Below are positions 39,360-48,981 of a stretch of 57,975 bases of DNA, one piece after another. The DNA is taken from NCBI GenBank assembly GCA_025449835.1, contig JANWIO010000059.1:1-57975 (forward strand), read 5' to 3'. Every line of letters begins with the position of its first letter. The first letter of the stretch is position 1. The notes beneath the pieces were generated by a model that ran no database searches, was not told the DNA's origin, and worked only from the letters and a program-made list of their open reading frames with translations. The stretch is from Vampirovibrionales bacterium. GTDB taxonomy: Bacteria; Cyanobacteriota; Vampirovibrionia; Vampirovibrionales; JAGQHJ01. The translations under genes and the position numbers were made by a program.

Positions 39360-40220
39360 ATGGCCGAGCAAAAGCAAACCATTGATATTTTGTTTTTTGG
39401 GGATATCGTGGGGCGTCCAGGCCGACAGGCTGTAAAATGGTATCTTAATTCTTTAAGCGACTCCGCAAAGCCGGATGTGGTGATTGGCAATGTTGAAAAT
39501 GCCTCGCATGGCTTTGGGTTGAATGAAAAAAATTACCAGGAACTGCTCAGTGCTGGCTTGCAGATTATGACCAGCGGTAACCATATTTGGGATCGTCGTG
39601 AAATTTTTGATTACATTTATTCCGCCGATTGCTTGTTGCGTCCTGCTAATTTCCCTACGCCCAGTGTAGGCATTGGTGCGAGGGTGTTTGAAATCGCAGG
39701 CGTTAAGGTTGGCGTGATTAATTTAATTGGCCAAGTGTTTATGGGCAATTATAATTCTCCCTGGGAGCAAATTGAGGCGTTGGTGCCCCAGATGCTCTAT
39801 GAAACCCCCATTATTTTTGTTGATTTTCATGGGGAAGCAACGGCTGAAAAAATCGCTTTTGCTCGATATGCCAGTACCCTTGGCGTTAGTGCTTTTACGG
39901 GAACGCATACCCATGTGCAAACGGCCGATGAACGGCTTTTAAATGATCGCATGGGCTTTATCACCGATAGTGGTTTTTGTGGAGCGTATGAAAGCGTGAT
40001 TGGAATGGCCCCAGAGAGCGCCATTGAACGGTTAAAAACCATGTACCCCACTCGTCTGGATGTGGCGGATGGTTCTCTGGTTCAGGTGAATGCCAGCCGC
40101 TTTACCATTGAGGTTAAAACCGGGATTTGTCAACGTGTCAGCAGAGTGAATCTGGTTCACGACTTGGATGAAGTGGATGTGAAATTTAAAAATACTGCCG
40201 ACCGTCATTTGTCGGTTTAA
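39360..40220 (+). CDS. ymdB: YmdB/TIGR00282 metallophosphoesterase
   Basis: GDIVGRPGR, NVENA, TSGNHIWD, VDFHGEATAEK, GTHTHVQTAD. Confidence 0.93.
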   Translation: MAEQKQTIDILFFGDIVGRPGRQAVKWYLNSLSDSAKPDVVIGNVENASHGFGLNEKNYQELLSAGLQIMTSGNHIWDRREIFDYIYSADCLLRPANFPTPSVGIGARVFEIAGVKVGVINLIGQVFMGNYNSPWEQIEALVPQMLYETPIIFVDFHGEATAEKIAFARYASTLGVSAFTGTHTHVQTADERLLNDRMGFITDSGFCGAYESVIGMAPESAIERLKTMYPTRLDVADGSLVQVNASRFTIEVKTGICQRVSRVNLVHDLDEVDVKFKNTADRHLSV

Positions 40221-40236
40221 AAGAAAGTTTTTTCTG

Positions 40237-40257
40237 GAAAGCGGAGAATCCGCTTTC
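40237..40257. terminator. Hairpin between convergent genes
   Basis: GAAAGCGGA-GAA-TCCGCTTTC. Confidence 0.6.
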
Positions 40258-40280
40258 AGGCAACAGATGATTTGTTTCCC

Positions 40281-40814
40281 TTAAACGTGGTGAAGCAGTT
40301 CCTCGTATTCTTCCTGACGTTGTTTAATCACGGATTTTAAGTCAGTTAGAATGGCTTGCGGCTGATTTTGAAGGGTTGCAAAGTAATACTGGCGACTAAT
40401 CTGTTTTAGGCGAAACACGGCAAAATTCAGGAGCAAAGGCTGAATCTGCTGATCCGCATAGATAAAAGGCACTTCTTCCTGAAGAAAATGTTGGGCTTCT
40501 TCAGTCAGTTCTCGATGAAGATCGGATAAATGAATAAAACTATCCACAGAGTCTTGATGAGAAAGCGCTTTGCCTTCTTTTGTAAACTTCAAAAATGCAG
40601 ATGCGAGGGTTTTTGAAAATTGGCCATTGTGAGAATGTGGGATGCCAACTTTGATAAACCCGGGGATAAGCTTTGGACTATTTTCCAGTGTGAGCTTGAT
40701 ATCCTCTGTTGGAAGTTCAACACCTCTATTGGCCACTGTGATGCTCCTTATGCTGATGAAGGATCGTTCTATATAGATTTTAAAACTATTCTTCCCGAAC
40801 AATTGCGCTTTCAA
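40281..40814 (-). CDS. Hypothetical protein (177 aa, start uncertain)
   Basis: Longest ORF in the interval; no motif recognised. Confidence 0.6.
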   Translation of the reverse strand: MKAQLFGKNSFKIYIERSFISIRSITVANRGVELPTEDIKLTLENSPKLIPGFIKVGIPHSHNGQFSKTLASAFLKFTKEGKALSHQDSVDSFIHLSDLHRELTEEAQHFLQEEVPFIYADQQIQPLLLNFAVFRLKQISRQYYFATLQNQPQAILTDLKSVIKQRQEEYEELLHHV

Positions 40815-40953
40815 CCAAAATTGAAACGTTTCTTAACGTTGCATCCTCTTGTTAGATGTTAAATAAGCATATTTCTATAGTTCCTATATCCTTAATAGTT
40901 TTATTCTATCATCATTCATTTACAGATGATAGAGGGTAAAGAGAGAAAATAGG

Positions 40954-41553
40954 TCAGTTGTCTGGGGAAATTGTAGTGACATTGGGAAAAGATACAATTC
41001 CGGTTTCATAAATTCCCCAGTGCACCTTCACATCCCATGGGTCCTGAGGAAGTTCATCCATCCATAATGCAGACGGAATTGGGCAGCATAGGATACTTTT
41101 ATCGTGGTATTCGACCAAAAACCGATCATAGTATCCGCCACCAAATCCCAATCGAGTTCCATGGCGATCGATGAGGAGTGCTGGGATAAAAATAAGATGA
41201 AGGGGGATCTTGGGATCCAAAATTGGGGCTGTTGGCAAAGGTTCTAAGATTCCAAACGCGTTGGACGCCAGAGGCATCTGCGGAGAAGCTTGATGAATCT
41301 GTAATTTTTTTTGAGGGAGAACTCTTGGGAGATACCAGTGTTTCTCTGGAAATTGTTCGATCAAGGGAATCAAGTTAATCTCATCAGGAAGGGCCGCATA
41401 GGTGAGGATGTGAGTGGCCTTTTGAAATGTTTCCCATTGTGTAATTTGATTGCAGATTACTTGGCTGAGGGAAGCCATATCCAAATGAGCACGCTTCTCT
41501 CGTGCGTCTTGTCGAAGTTGTTTTTTAGCTTCTGCCGTGGATGGGGGCATCAA
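40954..41553 (-). CDS. ygfA: 5-formyltetrahydrofolate cyclo-ligase
   Basis: K..LR..R, YLPRV, FGILEP, RLGFGGGYYDRFL, DPWD. Confidence 0.93.
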   Translation of the reverse strand: MMPPSTAEAKKQLRQDAREKRAHLDMASLSQVICNQITQWETFQKATHILTYAALPDEINLIPLIEQFPEKHWYLPRVLPQKKLQIHQASPQMPLASNAFGILEPLPTAPILDPKIPLHLIFIPALLIDRHGTRLGFGGGYYDRFLVEYHDKSILCCPIPSALWMDELPQDPWDVKVHWGIYETGIVSFPNVTTISPDN

Positions 41554-41643
41554 TCAAACCATCTTTCATCAATGCGTATTTATATGAGGGGACCTGATCA
41601 TTATTGTACTTAAAGTTTAGGGCAGAACGAACGATATGGAGAT

Positions 41644-41997
41644 ATGGAAGAAACACGAGTGACTTTAGGGGCGAAGCTGAAACAGGCTCGCCAGGAAGCA
41701 AACCTGAAGCAGGAACAAGTTGCCCGATATTTAATGGTTCCCACTTCAGCGGTTTCAGCCATGGAGAAGGGGCAGCGCAAGATTGATGCCGTGGAATTAT
41801 TTTATTTGAGTAAGCTTTATGCCAAGCCGTTAGACTGGTTTTTTGAAGATTCTCTGCCGTTAAGCGCTGCCAAAGGAATTCGATGGTACGATAATGATCC
41901 GTTGATTCGAGAGATTGTGGTTCTATTGGAAAAAGCGCCTTCTGACTTAAGAAAGCGGGCTGCATATGGTGTTTTAGGGTTTCTCAGTGAACGTTAG
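41644..41997 (+). CDS. XRE-family HTH transcriptional regulator
   Basis: LGAKLKQARQEANLKQEQVA..SAVSAMEKGQRKID. Confidence 0.9.
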   Translation: MEETRVTLGAKLKQARQEANLKQEQVARYLMVPTSAVSAMEKGQRKIDAVELFYLSKLYAKPLDWFFEDSLPLSAAKGIRWYDNDPLIREIVVLLEKAPSDLRKRAAYGVLGFLSER

Positions 41998-42089
41998 CAA
42001 TATTTTTGCGCCGTTTTTATACCAAACATGAAAAAATGACTTGTTTCTGAAAAGTTTATTGTGCTATAAGGGGATACGTACCAACTTAT

Positions 42090-42166
42090 GGGGCGGTAGC
42101 TCAGTTGGTTAGAGTACCTGCCTGTCACGCAGGATGTCGCGGGTTCGAGCCCCGTCCGCCCCGCCA
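42090..42166 (+). tRNA. tRNA-Asp(GTC)
   Basis: GGGGCGGTAGCTCAGTTGGTTAGAGTACCTGCCTGTCACGCAGGATGTCGCGGGTTCGAGCCCCGTCCGCCCCGCCA; full cloverleaf, encoded CCA. Confidence 0.98.
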
Positions 42167-43600
42167 TTTTTCAAAATCCCTGAATTTATAAAAATATTCA
42201 AACGCTGGATTCCATACAGGACTTAAGTTTTCACCCTCCAATAAATAGTTCGATGAGATAAATCTCAGAAGTCTTCGCCGATTGGTAAAATTTTGATGTT
42301 CATAAAGCACCAGTGCTTTTTCGGCGAGTTCTATGAGTTGGATACCCATTTCGATATAAGAAACGCTACCCCTTTTATGCTCTTCTAAGGTTTTGAGGAG
42401 TTTTTGTTGTTCCTCAACATATTGTTGATGTTTTCTCCTCCAGAGTTCTTCAGGGATGATTCCCTCAAGCTTATCTTCGTATATCTGATCAAGCTTGGTC
42501 TGCACTTTAGATAGTTGGGCTTGGACGTGAGAAGTAGACTCTTTATGAAACACCTTTTCCTCAGCATGGTGTTCTTTTAAGGCTTTAATCACTATTTCAC
42601 TGTCGGGTTTCCCTATCTGAATCCCTTTTAAAAGTGCCAAAAATTGTTGTTCTAGCTTCTCTTCACGTACATGCTTTGCTCTTTGTGAACATTCCTTGTT
42701 CGAACAGTGATAGTAGATATAGCGGTTTTTCTTGAGCTCTGCGGTAATTGCACGTCCGCAGACAGCACAAGAAATTAAACCCGTATATTGGAATTCTCGT
42801 TTTGTGGTTTGCCCTTTATAGCGATTTTGAAGAATACTTTGAACCTTTTCAAAGTGTTCAACTGTAACAATCGGCTGATGTTTGCCTTTGTAATACTTCC
42901 CGGCCCAGTAAAAATCACCGATATAAATAGGATTTTTAAGCATTCTTTCGAGTGAAGTGGCTGGAATTCTCAATAAAGAAGAAGAATAGCGAAACCCTTC
43001 TTGAAAAAGTTTATTTCTCAAGGTAACTAAGGAAAACTCTTGTGATGCATAAAGTTCAAATGCTCGTTTTACCAGAGTAGAGGTCTCTGGATGAACCTCA
43101 ATCAGATGTGTTTCAAGGTTATTTTTATACCCATAAGGGGCAACTGAAGGAAAATGACCTTGTTCGGCTTTTTCTTTTTGTCCTTTTTTTACTTCCTCAG
43201 AAAGATTGTCAATATAATTTTTTGCCATGAGAACTTTAATGCCATGGATAAATTTTTCATGGGATTTTGCATCTTTGCTAAGGATTTCCCCTTCTTTGAC
43301 GAGATGGATTTCAACATCCAACTCCTCTAATCGAACATAGTCTTTGAAGTTTCGATACAAGCGATCAGTTTTTTCAACCAAAATACAATGGGGCTCTTTC
43401 GTGGATTTTAAGAAATCAAGCATTTTGTTAAACTGCTCTCTTCCAGAAGATTTGGCAGTTTCAGCCTCAGTGAAGGTGGTTGAGACGGTTAAGCCATTTT
43501 TGTCAGCATATTCTTGAAGTAATTTTAATTGCGCTGGGATGGAAAAGCCCTCTTTTTCTTGCTCACGGCTAGATACACGTGCGTAAATAACAGCTTTCAT
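42125..43600 (-). CDS. Large serine recombinase (integrase)
   Basis: IYARVSS catalytic Ser, DRLYRN, APYGY recombinase domain, CAVCG..YYHC..C zinc ribbon, coiled coil. Confidence 0.95.
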   Translation of the reverse strand: MKAVIYARVSSREQEKEGFSIPAQLKLLQEYADKNGLTVSTTFTEAETAKSSGREQFNKMLDFLKSTKEPHCILVEKTDRLYRNFKDYVRLEELDVEIHLVKEGEILSKDAKSHEKFIHGIKVLMAKNYIDNLSEEVKKGQKEKAEQGHFPSVAPYGYKNNLETHLIEVHPETSTLVKRAFELYASQEFSLVTLRNKLFQEGFRYSSSLLRIPATSLERMLKNPIYIGDFYWAGKYYKGKHQPIVTVEHFEKVQSILQNRYKGQTTKREFQYTGLISCAVCGRAITAELKKNRYIYYHCSNKECSQRAKHVREEKLEQQFLALLKGIQIGKPDSEIVIKALKEHHAEEKVFHKESTSHVQAQLSKVQTKLDQIYEDKLEGIIPEELWRRKHQQYVEEQQKLLKTLEEHKRGSVSYIEMGIQLIELAEKALVLYEHQNFTNRRRLLRFISSNYLLEGENLSPVWNPAFEYFYKFRDFEKWRGGRGSNPRHPA

Positions 43601-43605
43601 TGTAT

Positions 43606-43791
43606 TTAAACTCCTTGGAGTGATAACAAAACTTGTTTAAGGTCTTCTTTTTGGTAGAGTCGGTATCCATTGAGAGGGTGTCTGATACCCTTGAGCTTAC
43701 CAGAGCGATCCCAACGACGGAGGGTCTCAGCACAGACTCCTATATAGTCAGCAGCTTGTTTGACCGTGAGATAGTCAGAAAGCTTGTTCAT
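43606..43791 (-). CDS. MerR/excisionase-type HTH protein (candidate recombination directionality factor)
   Basis: YLTVKQAADYIGVCAETLRRWD..G.L...R...GYRLY; immediately upstream of the integrase. Confidence 0.85.
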   Translation of the reverse strand: MNKLSDYLTVKQAADYIGVCAETLRRWDRSGKLKGIRHPLNGYRLYQKEDLKQVLLSLQGV

Positions 43792-43951
43792 GGCGGTAGA
43801 CCTCAATATAAACAACGTTACACAACCTATTATATGCAGATGGGCTTTTAAAGAGAGCCTTTCCTAAGCGTTCCTTACAAAAAGTTAGCATTTCACTTGC
43901 CAAGCCATACTCTTTCGATTCGTCTTCGGTTTTCTGCCGGTGAGTTGTCTA

Positions 43952-44284
43952 TTAATAATGATTTGGCAAACCTTTAATAAACTTCTCCTGCCTAACGATA
44001 CCGTCAATCGGATTACCCGTTTCCTGCCAGCTGCATTGGGTCTTGAGCCAGAACATTGTCATTGCCGGGCATTTTCCAGACAATGCCAACTTGTAAGCGG
44101 TCTGCATAACACCGACTTTGGCTTTGGCTTTACCCTGGTAAAGTTGTTCATTGGCGTATTTTTTCAACGTATCAAGGCACATGCCTTTGAGTCGGGCAAT
44201 ATCTTCAAACCGCATGCCCAGACCTGCCATCATTTCAACCTCTGCCAACTCTTTTTCGGTCATTTTCTTAGCGGGATTGCTCAT
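43952..44284 (-). CDS. HTH protein resembling phage terminase small subunits
   Basis: N-terminal HTH (EDIARLKGMCLDTLKKY), G.AKAK..V...YKLA.SG...M.FWLKT...WQE pattern typical of phage packaging-region proteins. Confidence 0.6.
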   Translation of the reverse strand: MSNPAKKMTEKELAEVEMMAGLGMRFEDIARLKGMCLDTLKKYANEQLYQGKAKAKVGVMQTAYKLALSGKCPAMTMFWLKTQCSWQETGNPIDGIVRQEKFIKGLPNHY

Positions 44285-45303
44285 TTTTTATAACTCCGAA
44301 GTTGGGACGAAAAATTGGGTATTTTTGCCAGAATCTCTTTACGGATATGGCTGGCGATCGCCTGCATCAACAGTGGTGGAACACTGTTTCCAATTCGAGC
44401 CCACTGCTGCTCAATGGTTCCTTGAAATTTGTAGTCATCTGGGAAAGAAGCAATCTGCTTAAGCTCAGCAATGGAGAGATAGCGGTTCTCATCAGGATGG
44501 AGAAGGCCACACATCCCAGGCCGTAAGGTTTTACAGATGGTTGGCGCAACCTCAAACCAGCTTAATCGCTTCAGGGAGTAATAGCTTGCTTTTGCACCAA
44601 AACGGCTGTGCAACTGAGAACCATCTTCACCAGGTTTAAGGCATTGGGCAATTTGAGCAGCTTTGCCTGTGGGGCGCTCAAATTCAGATGAAGCTGGGAG
44701 ACTTTGCAGGGCCTCTTTTAAACAAATAGGAATGCCTTGTGGTGTTGGATGAGAGGGTAAAATGCCCAGGTCTTGTCGAACACCAATAAAAATAACGCGT
44801 TGACGGCTTTGTGGGACACCATAGTATTTTGCGTTCATCAGTCGGACAGAAACGTTGTAACCACTCTTTTTCAGGGTTTGGAGGATCTCAACAAAAATAG
44901 GCTTCATTGGCCCCTTGGCCATGCCAGAAACGTTTTCCATCACGAACACCTTTGGAGAAAGTGCCTGAAGTATCCGGATATATTCTTCAAACAATCGATT
45001 CCGGGAGTCTTTAACACATCGCTTCCCTGCGGTACTAAACCCCTGGCAAGGGGGTGAACCATCCAGGATGTCTAACTCGCCAGGTTTTAACCCCGTTTTC
45101 TCAAGGATCTCTTCACCTGTAACTGTAGCAATATCCTGATGAAATAAAAGGGTTTGAGGATGATTTAACCGATAGGTTGCCGCTGCGTTTTCATCCCACT
45201 CAACCGCTAAAAGCACTTTTCCCCCAGCCAGCTGATACCCCATTGAGGAGCCACCACAGCCCGCAAACAATGAAACCACATTGAATAACGGGTTACTCGA
45301 CAT
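44281..45303 (-). CDS. DNA cytosine-C5 methyltransferase
   Basis: SLFAGCGG, GSPPCQGFS, ENV, QSRQRV, IGNSVPP; start placed at MSSNPL. Confidence 0.95.
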   Translation of the reverse strand: MSSNPLFNVVSLFAGCGGSSMGYQLAGGKVLLAVEWDENAAATYRLNHPQTLLFHQDIATVTGEEILEKTGLKPGELDILDGSPPCQGFSTAGKRCVKDSRNRLFEEYIRILQALSPKVFVMENVSGMAKGPMKPIFVEILQTLKKSGYNVSVRLMNAKYYGVPQSRQRVIFIGVRQDLGILPSHPTPQGIPICLKEALQSLPASSEFERPTGKAAQIAQCLKPGEDGSQLHSRFGAKASYYSLKRLSWFEVAPTICKTLRPGMCGLLHPDENRYLSIAELKQIASFPDDYKFQGTIEQQWARIGNSVPPLLMQAIASHIRKEILAKIPNFSSQLRSYKK

Positions 45304-45817
45304 AGAAGGACTCCTGGCAGTTGGGACAAGTGACTTGTTTAAAGTTGTTCGGATCTTCTTTTTCCAGGATGGATTCATCCAATTCTGGTTCACTTTCTGG
45401 CAGTGATGGGACACTGCTTAAATTACTTAACTCTATCTCCCGAAAGCCGGTTAATTGAAGGTCTTTAAAGTCCAGTTCCTTCAACGATTCAAATTCAGTT
45501 CGTAAAAGCTCTAAATCCCAGCCGGTATTTAATGTCAATTTGTTGTGAGCAAGGGCATATGCTTTTCTTTCCGCCTCGGATAAATGCCCCAATTGAATAA
45601 CAGGGATTTTTTCCAATCCCAACTTTTGTGCAGCCAACAGGCGTCCATGGCCTTCGATGATGACATTTTCTGTATCAATCCCGATGGGGTCATTAAACCC
45701 AAAAGCTTGAATACTGGCAGCAATTTGGTCAATCTGTTCCGGTGGATGTTGTTTTGCATTATTGATGTAAGGGATTAAGGTCTCTATTGAAATCCATTTA
45801 ACGGTTAATGTGTTCAA
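45293..45817 (-). CDS. ParB/Srx N-terminal domain protein with C-terminal CPxC
   Basis: LIPY.NNAKQH, SIQAFGFNDPI, IIEGHGRLLAA, HNKL. Confidence 0.85.
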   Translation of the reverse strand: MNTLTVKWISIETLIPYINNAKQHPPEQIDQIAASIQAFGFNDPIGIDTENVIIEGHGRLLAAQKLGLEKIPVIQLGHLSEAERKAYALAHNKLTLNTGWDLELLRTEFESLKELDFKDLQLTGFREIELSNLSSVPSLPESEPELDESILEKEDPNNFKQVTCPNCQESFYVE

Positions 45818-45927
45818 AACGAAAACTCCTGTGTAATTATTAAAATTAATATCGATACTTACAGCGTAACAGAGGGAATCTGGTTTCTTGAAGCTTTATT
45901 ATTTAAAACGGGTTTTTCTGAAATTGT

Positions 45928-46007
45928 CTTTAACACTTTAACTACGGGGTTGTTACTTAATAATGGCTAGGCTTTTAGGTTTTCATGCTGAAGGTAAAGT
46001 GTTAAAG
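45928..46007. repeat. 13-bp perfect inverted repeat with internal TAAAGTG iterons (candidate ori)
   Basis: CTTTAACACTTTA (45928-45940) and TAAAGTGTTAAAG (45995-46007), 54 bp apart, at the primase-helicase 3' end. Confidence 0.6.
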
Positions 46008-48539
46008 TGGTTTTTCCAACTTTTTATCAAATCGATACCAAGTGACATTCCCACTGCGACGTTCTGTTTCAATTACCATAAAGCGTTCAATATTGGGTTT
46101 AAGACGTTGTAACTGGCGTCCCAATGACTTAGCATTTTTGATGTGGTAAGGGATTTTCAGATTCTCTGCCAGGATTAAAAGCTTTTGGTGAAGCGTTTTT
46201 GTGTCCATCCAATAATTGGGATACTCCTCCACAAAAAGCGTTAAGCACTCAAATAAGCTGTCCATTTCAAGGGTAAACTGAGATTGGCTATCGGAGAGCT
46301 TTTCAAGCAGTTTAATTAGCTCATCTTCATTACCTTGATATTTGGCAATTCGATAACAGAAGCTTGCAAAATCAGCCATCCTAAAATTGGTTTGAAAACC
46401 TTCTCCTGGGACAGAAGCCAAGGCTTTTAAAATGTTTTGGAGTTCTGGTATCAAGTCAGATAAAAAGGCATTTCGTGTTTCTAGAAGTTCTCGATTTAAA
46501 TCCGATTCGGGACGCTTTTCAGCTCCCCATGGCTTTAAACTTAATAGTAATAGGCGATCTGCAACATCATCCCTACGGTAATTTGGGGTCCGACTATTTA
46601 AAGCCAAAAAGGACTTAATTTGGATTTCTGTTTCTTCTGCCGTGGTGTACAGGGTTCGCATGCGGATTGTACCCCCTGTGGCGCAGATGGCCAAGGTGTC
46701 ATTTAACCATTTGGAGCGTTCATCCACATTGTCAAAGGCTAAAAAGTGATGATTAGCCAATGCTACCTGAAAATCTTGTTGTTTTTCAGGTAAGGGTGTT
46801 ACATCGAACCCTTTGCCAATCAAGAGCCTCCCAATTCGCCTTAATAAGGATGTTTTACCACTGCCTTTATCTGCCACAGGACAAAGAATAGGCCGGGTTT
46901 TCATCAAAGTGGGAAAGAACAAACTTAAAAAGTAAAATTTTAAAACGGTCTTTTGCTCATCCGGTGTTAGAAGGTATTCTTCATTAAAATTAATTTGGTC
47001 AAGCAACAACTCTGCAAGGTAGTCTCGGCCCAGATCAAATGGCACTTGTGTAAAGGGCTCATACTTATTATTTTCCACAAATAAAAAGCCATCCGTTCCA
47101 TTGGGTACGGATTCAATCATTGATGTTGTTATTTTCAAAATGGCTTGATTACCATTAGCCCAATAGAGTGTATTGGTAGCCTTTTCATAATGGAGTAGGT
47201 CGTGTACTTCAGTAAGTTTGCCATTACGAAAGGCCTCATTGAGTAATTCTTTGAGGATGTAGCCATGGATAGCTTCAATGGGATTAAGGCCAAGCTGATG
47301 GAGGAGGTGAAGAAGGCTTTGGGATTCCTTGTGAATGAGCATCAATTGGCATTTTTCATTATCAAAATAATAAAGAGCCAGCTTTGTTTTATAGAAAGTG
47401 CCTCGGTCTCGCATTTCTCCAATAACAAGCTTAGAGGCTCTTTGATTGACCTCAAATTCTTTTAATTTGGTTTCATTCTTCCGGATACCATGAAGCTCAA
47501 CTGTAATGGCACTTAAAAAGCGATATCGTGCCTTTGCTTCCATTGTAAGTTGTTGCAAGGCGATTAAAGCTTCATGAGGTGAACCATATCCCCGAAGAAA
47601 ACTATCAAGATCACTATCTGGAAGAGAAGCTTGAGTTACCCAGAAAGTCCGATGTTGTTGCATCTCCAACGCCAGATAGTCCCCAGCTTCATCATGATCC
47701 TGGAACAACAGCCATTTTCCTTTGTATGTTTTCAGTGTTCCCCAATCCACTGCAGAAGAGCTCCCAAGGGCAATACATGGTTGATAGGACTGCCCAGCTT
47801 TCAGAAGAGTACTTTGCAGCATCAATATGTTTATTTCCCCTTCAACAAGAAGGATATAGGGTTCTAAGGTGGCATCCTTCGTTGGATCTAGTTGTGGGTT
47901 AAACACACCGCATTTTGGAAAGGGCTTAAACCATGAAAATCGCTTGGAGAAGGGCTCTCTAAAACGGATTGAGGTAATTTCATTTTTAGAGCCGGTGTAA
48001 ATAAATGCCAGATTGCCGGGGTGGGTTACCTCTTTTAACTTTTCTAACATCTCATCAAAGTTGGATATCGCCTGTTCAAGACGTTCCTTGCGCTTTTTAT
48101 CCACAATCCCCTTCTCTAAAAGCCTTTCTAACTTCTCCCTGAAGGGGGCCGCCATGGTGTCAAGGTTAAGTTCTTGAGGGACTGTTCCGACCAAGCTTTC
48201 TTGAATTACCTGGGGATGGATTTTACGCTCATTTGTCAGATATTGCCAGGCAAAGCTGTAATGATCATCCGGGTTTTCGCCTTGCCTCAATATCTCTCGC
48301 TTGAGGTTCCCCACCAGTTCCCACAAAAATCCTTGAACAGGGTTTTTGTCCCCATCCAATGCCTGTGGGCTAATAAAGCGCCCACAGGTTGGATGGAAGC
48401 ATTTTGCAAGCTGGTCATTTTTCGCCACACTCATGGTGCCATGACTGCAAAATGGACAATTTACCTTTCCTTTTCCTTTGGTTGAAATACCATGTACTTC
48501 TGAGAGGTATGCTTTTGCAGAAAAATTAGTCTTTGTCAT
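46002..48539 (-). CDS. Primase-helicase replication protein (Zn finger + TOPRIM + P-loop)
   Basis: CPFC..CFH..C, LLVEGE and QDHDEAG (TOPRIM), ADKGSGKT Walker A, LAFDNVD Walker B; AAGGAG RBS. Confidence 0.85.
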   Translation of the reverse strand: MTKTNFSAKAYLSEVHGISTKGKGKVNCPFCSHGTMSVAKNDQLAKCFHPTCGRFISPQALDGDKNPVQGFLWELVGNLKREILRQGENPDDHYSFAWQYLTNERKIHPQVIQESLVGTVPQELNLDTMAAPFREKLERLLEKGIVDKKRKERLEQAISNFDEMLEKLKEVTHPGNLAFIYTGSKNEITSIRFREPFSKRFSWFKPFPKCGVFNPQLDPTKDATLEPYILLVEGEINILMLQSTLLKAGQSYQPCIALGSSSAVDWGTLKTYKGKWLLFQDHDEAGDYLALEMQQHRTFWVTQASLPDSDLDSFLRGYGSPHEALIALQQLTMEAKARYRFLSAITVELHGIRKNETKLKEFEVNQRASKLVIGEMRDRGTFYKTKLALYYFDNEKCQLMLIHKESQSLLHLLHQLGLNPIEAIHGYILKELLNEAFRNGKLTEVHDLLHYEKATNTLYWANGNQAILKITTSMIESVPNGTDGFLFVENNKYEPFTQVPFDLGRDYLAELLLDQINFNEEYLLTPDEQKTVLKFYFLSLFFPTLMKTRPILCPVADKGSGKTSLLRRIGRLLIGKGFDVTPLPEKQQDFQVALANHHFLAFDNVDERSKWLNDTLAICATGGTIRMRTLYTTAEETEIQIKSFLALNSRTPNYRRDDVADRLLLLSLKPWGAEKRPESDLNRELLETRNAFLSDLIPELQNILKALASVPGEGFQTNFRMADFASFCYRIAKYQGNEDELIKLLEKLSDSQSQFTLEMDSLFECLTLFVEEYPNYWMDTKTLHQKLLILAENLKIPYHIKNAKSLGRQLQRLKPNIERFMVIETERRSGNVTWYRFDKKLEKPL

Positions 48540-48744
48540 TGGTAGTATCTCCTTTAAACTCATAAACGTTATGCAAAACATCTCTTAATGCTTGCTGAAA
48601 AAGGGGATGCTCTTTTAACCGGTCCCAAACCTCTATGGGGATTGGGCTCCAAAATCGCAACTCCAGATAAGGGCCATCATGCTTGTTGGACATTGAATCG
48701 CCCTCCCAAATACGCTATGATTATTTTGAAATTATTATTTTTGC

Positions 48745-48773
48745 CTACTGGTACCCGCCAGTAGCTTTTTTTT
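48745..48773 (+). terminator. Intrinsic terminator oriented antisense to the element's operon
   Basis: CTACTGG-TACCCG-CCAGTAG followed by C and T8. Confidence 0.65.
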
Positions 48774-48780
48774 CGTTTTT

Positions 48781-48981
48781 TCATTGTTGACCTCCTTTTG
48801 CCTCTGCTTCTTTTTGGGCGTCTTCCTGAGCCCATTTGTGTAAAATTCCGAAAAATCCCTTGAGGTTTGTTCCAATCTCTAGCCGATCCGCTTCAGATAG
48901 CGGATGACCATATAGCTTTTCCCAACCTGCATAAGGATCTAGGTGGGGAGTATTAGTACTTTCTTTAAGAGAAGTTTTCAT
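48781..48981 (-). CDS. Small hypothetical protein, paralog of 48965-49159
   Basis: WEKLYGHPLSEADRLEIGTNLKGFFGILHKW; AAGGA RBS. Confidence 0.7.
   Translation of the reverse strand: MKTSLKESTNTPHLDPYAGWEKLYGHPLSEADRLEIGTNLKGFFGILHKWAQEDAQKEAEAKGGQQ

Noticed and set aside
41554-41643. 6S RNA upstream of ygfA
   Set aside because: The gap is only ~90 bp and is followed by a divergent XRE gene; too short and no long hairpin
326-41965. Numerous 60-170-aa antisense or alternate-frame ORFs in the housekeeping region
   Set aside because: Shadows of well-supported genes, with no independent coding evidence
45304-45414. N-terminal extension of the methyltransferase ORF
   Set aside because: It overlaps the ParB-N gene; motif I begins right after the ATG at 45303
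48753-48760. CCCGCCA as attR (matches the tRNA-Asp 3' end)
   Set aside because: Only 7 bp, part of a terminator hairpin and in the middle of the element's operon
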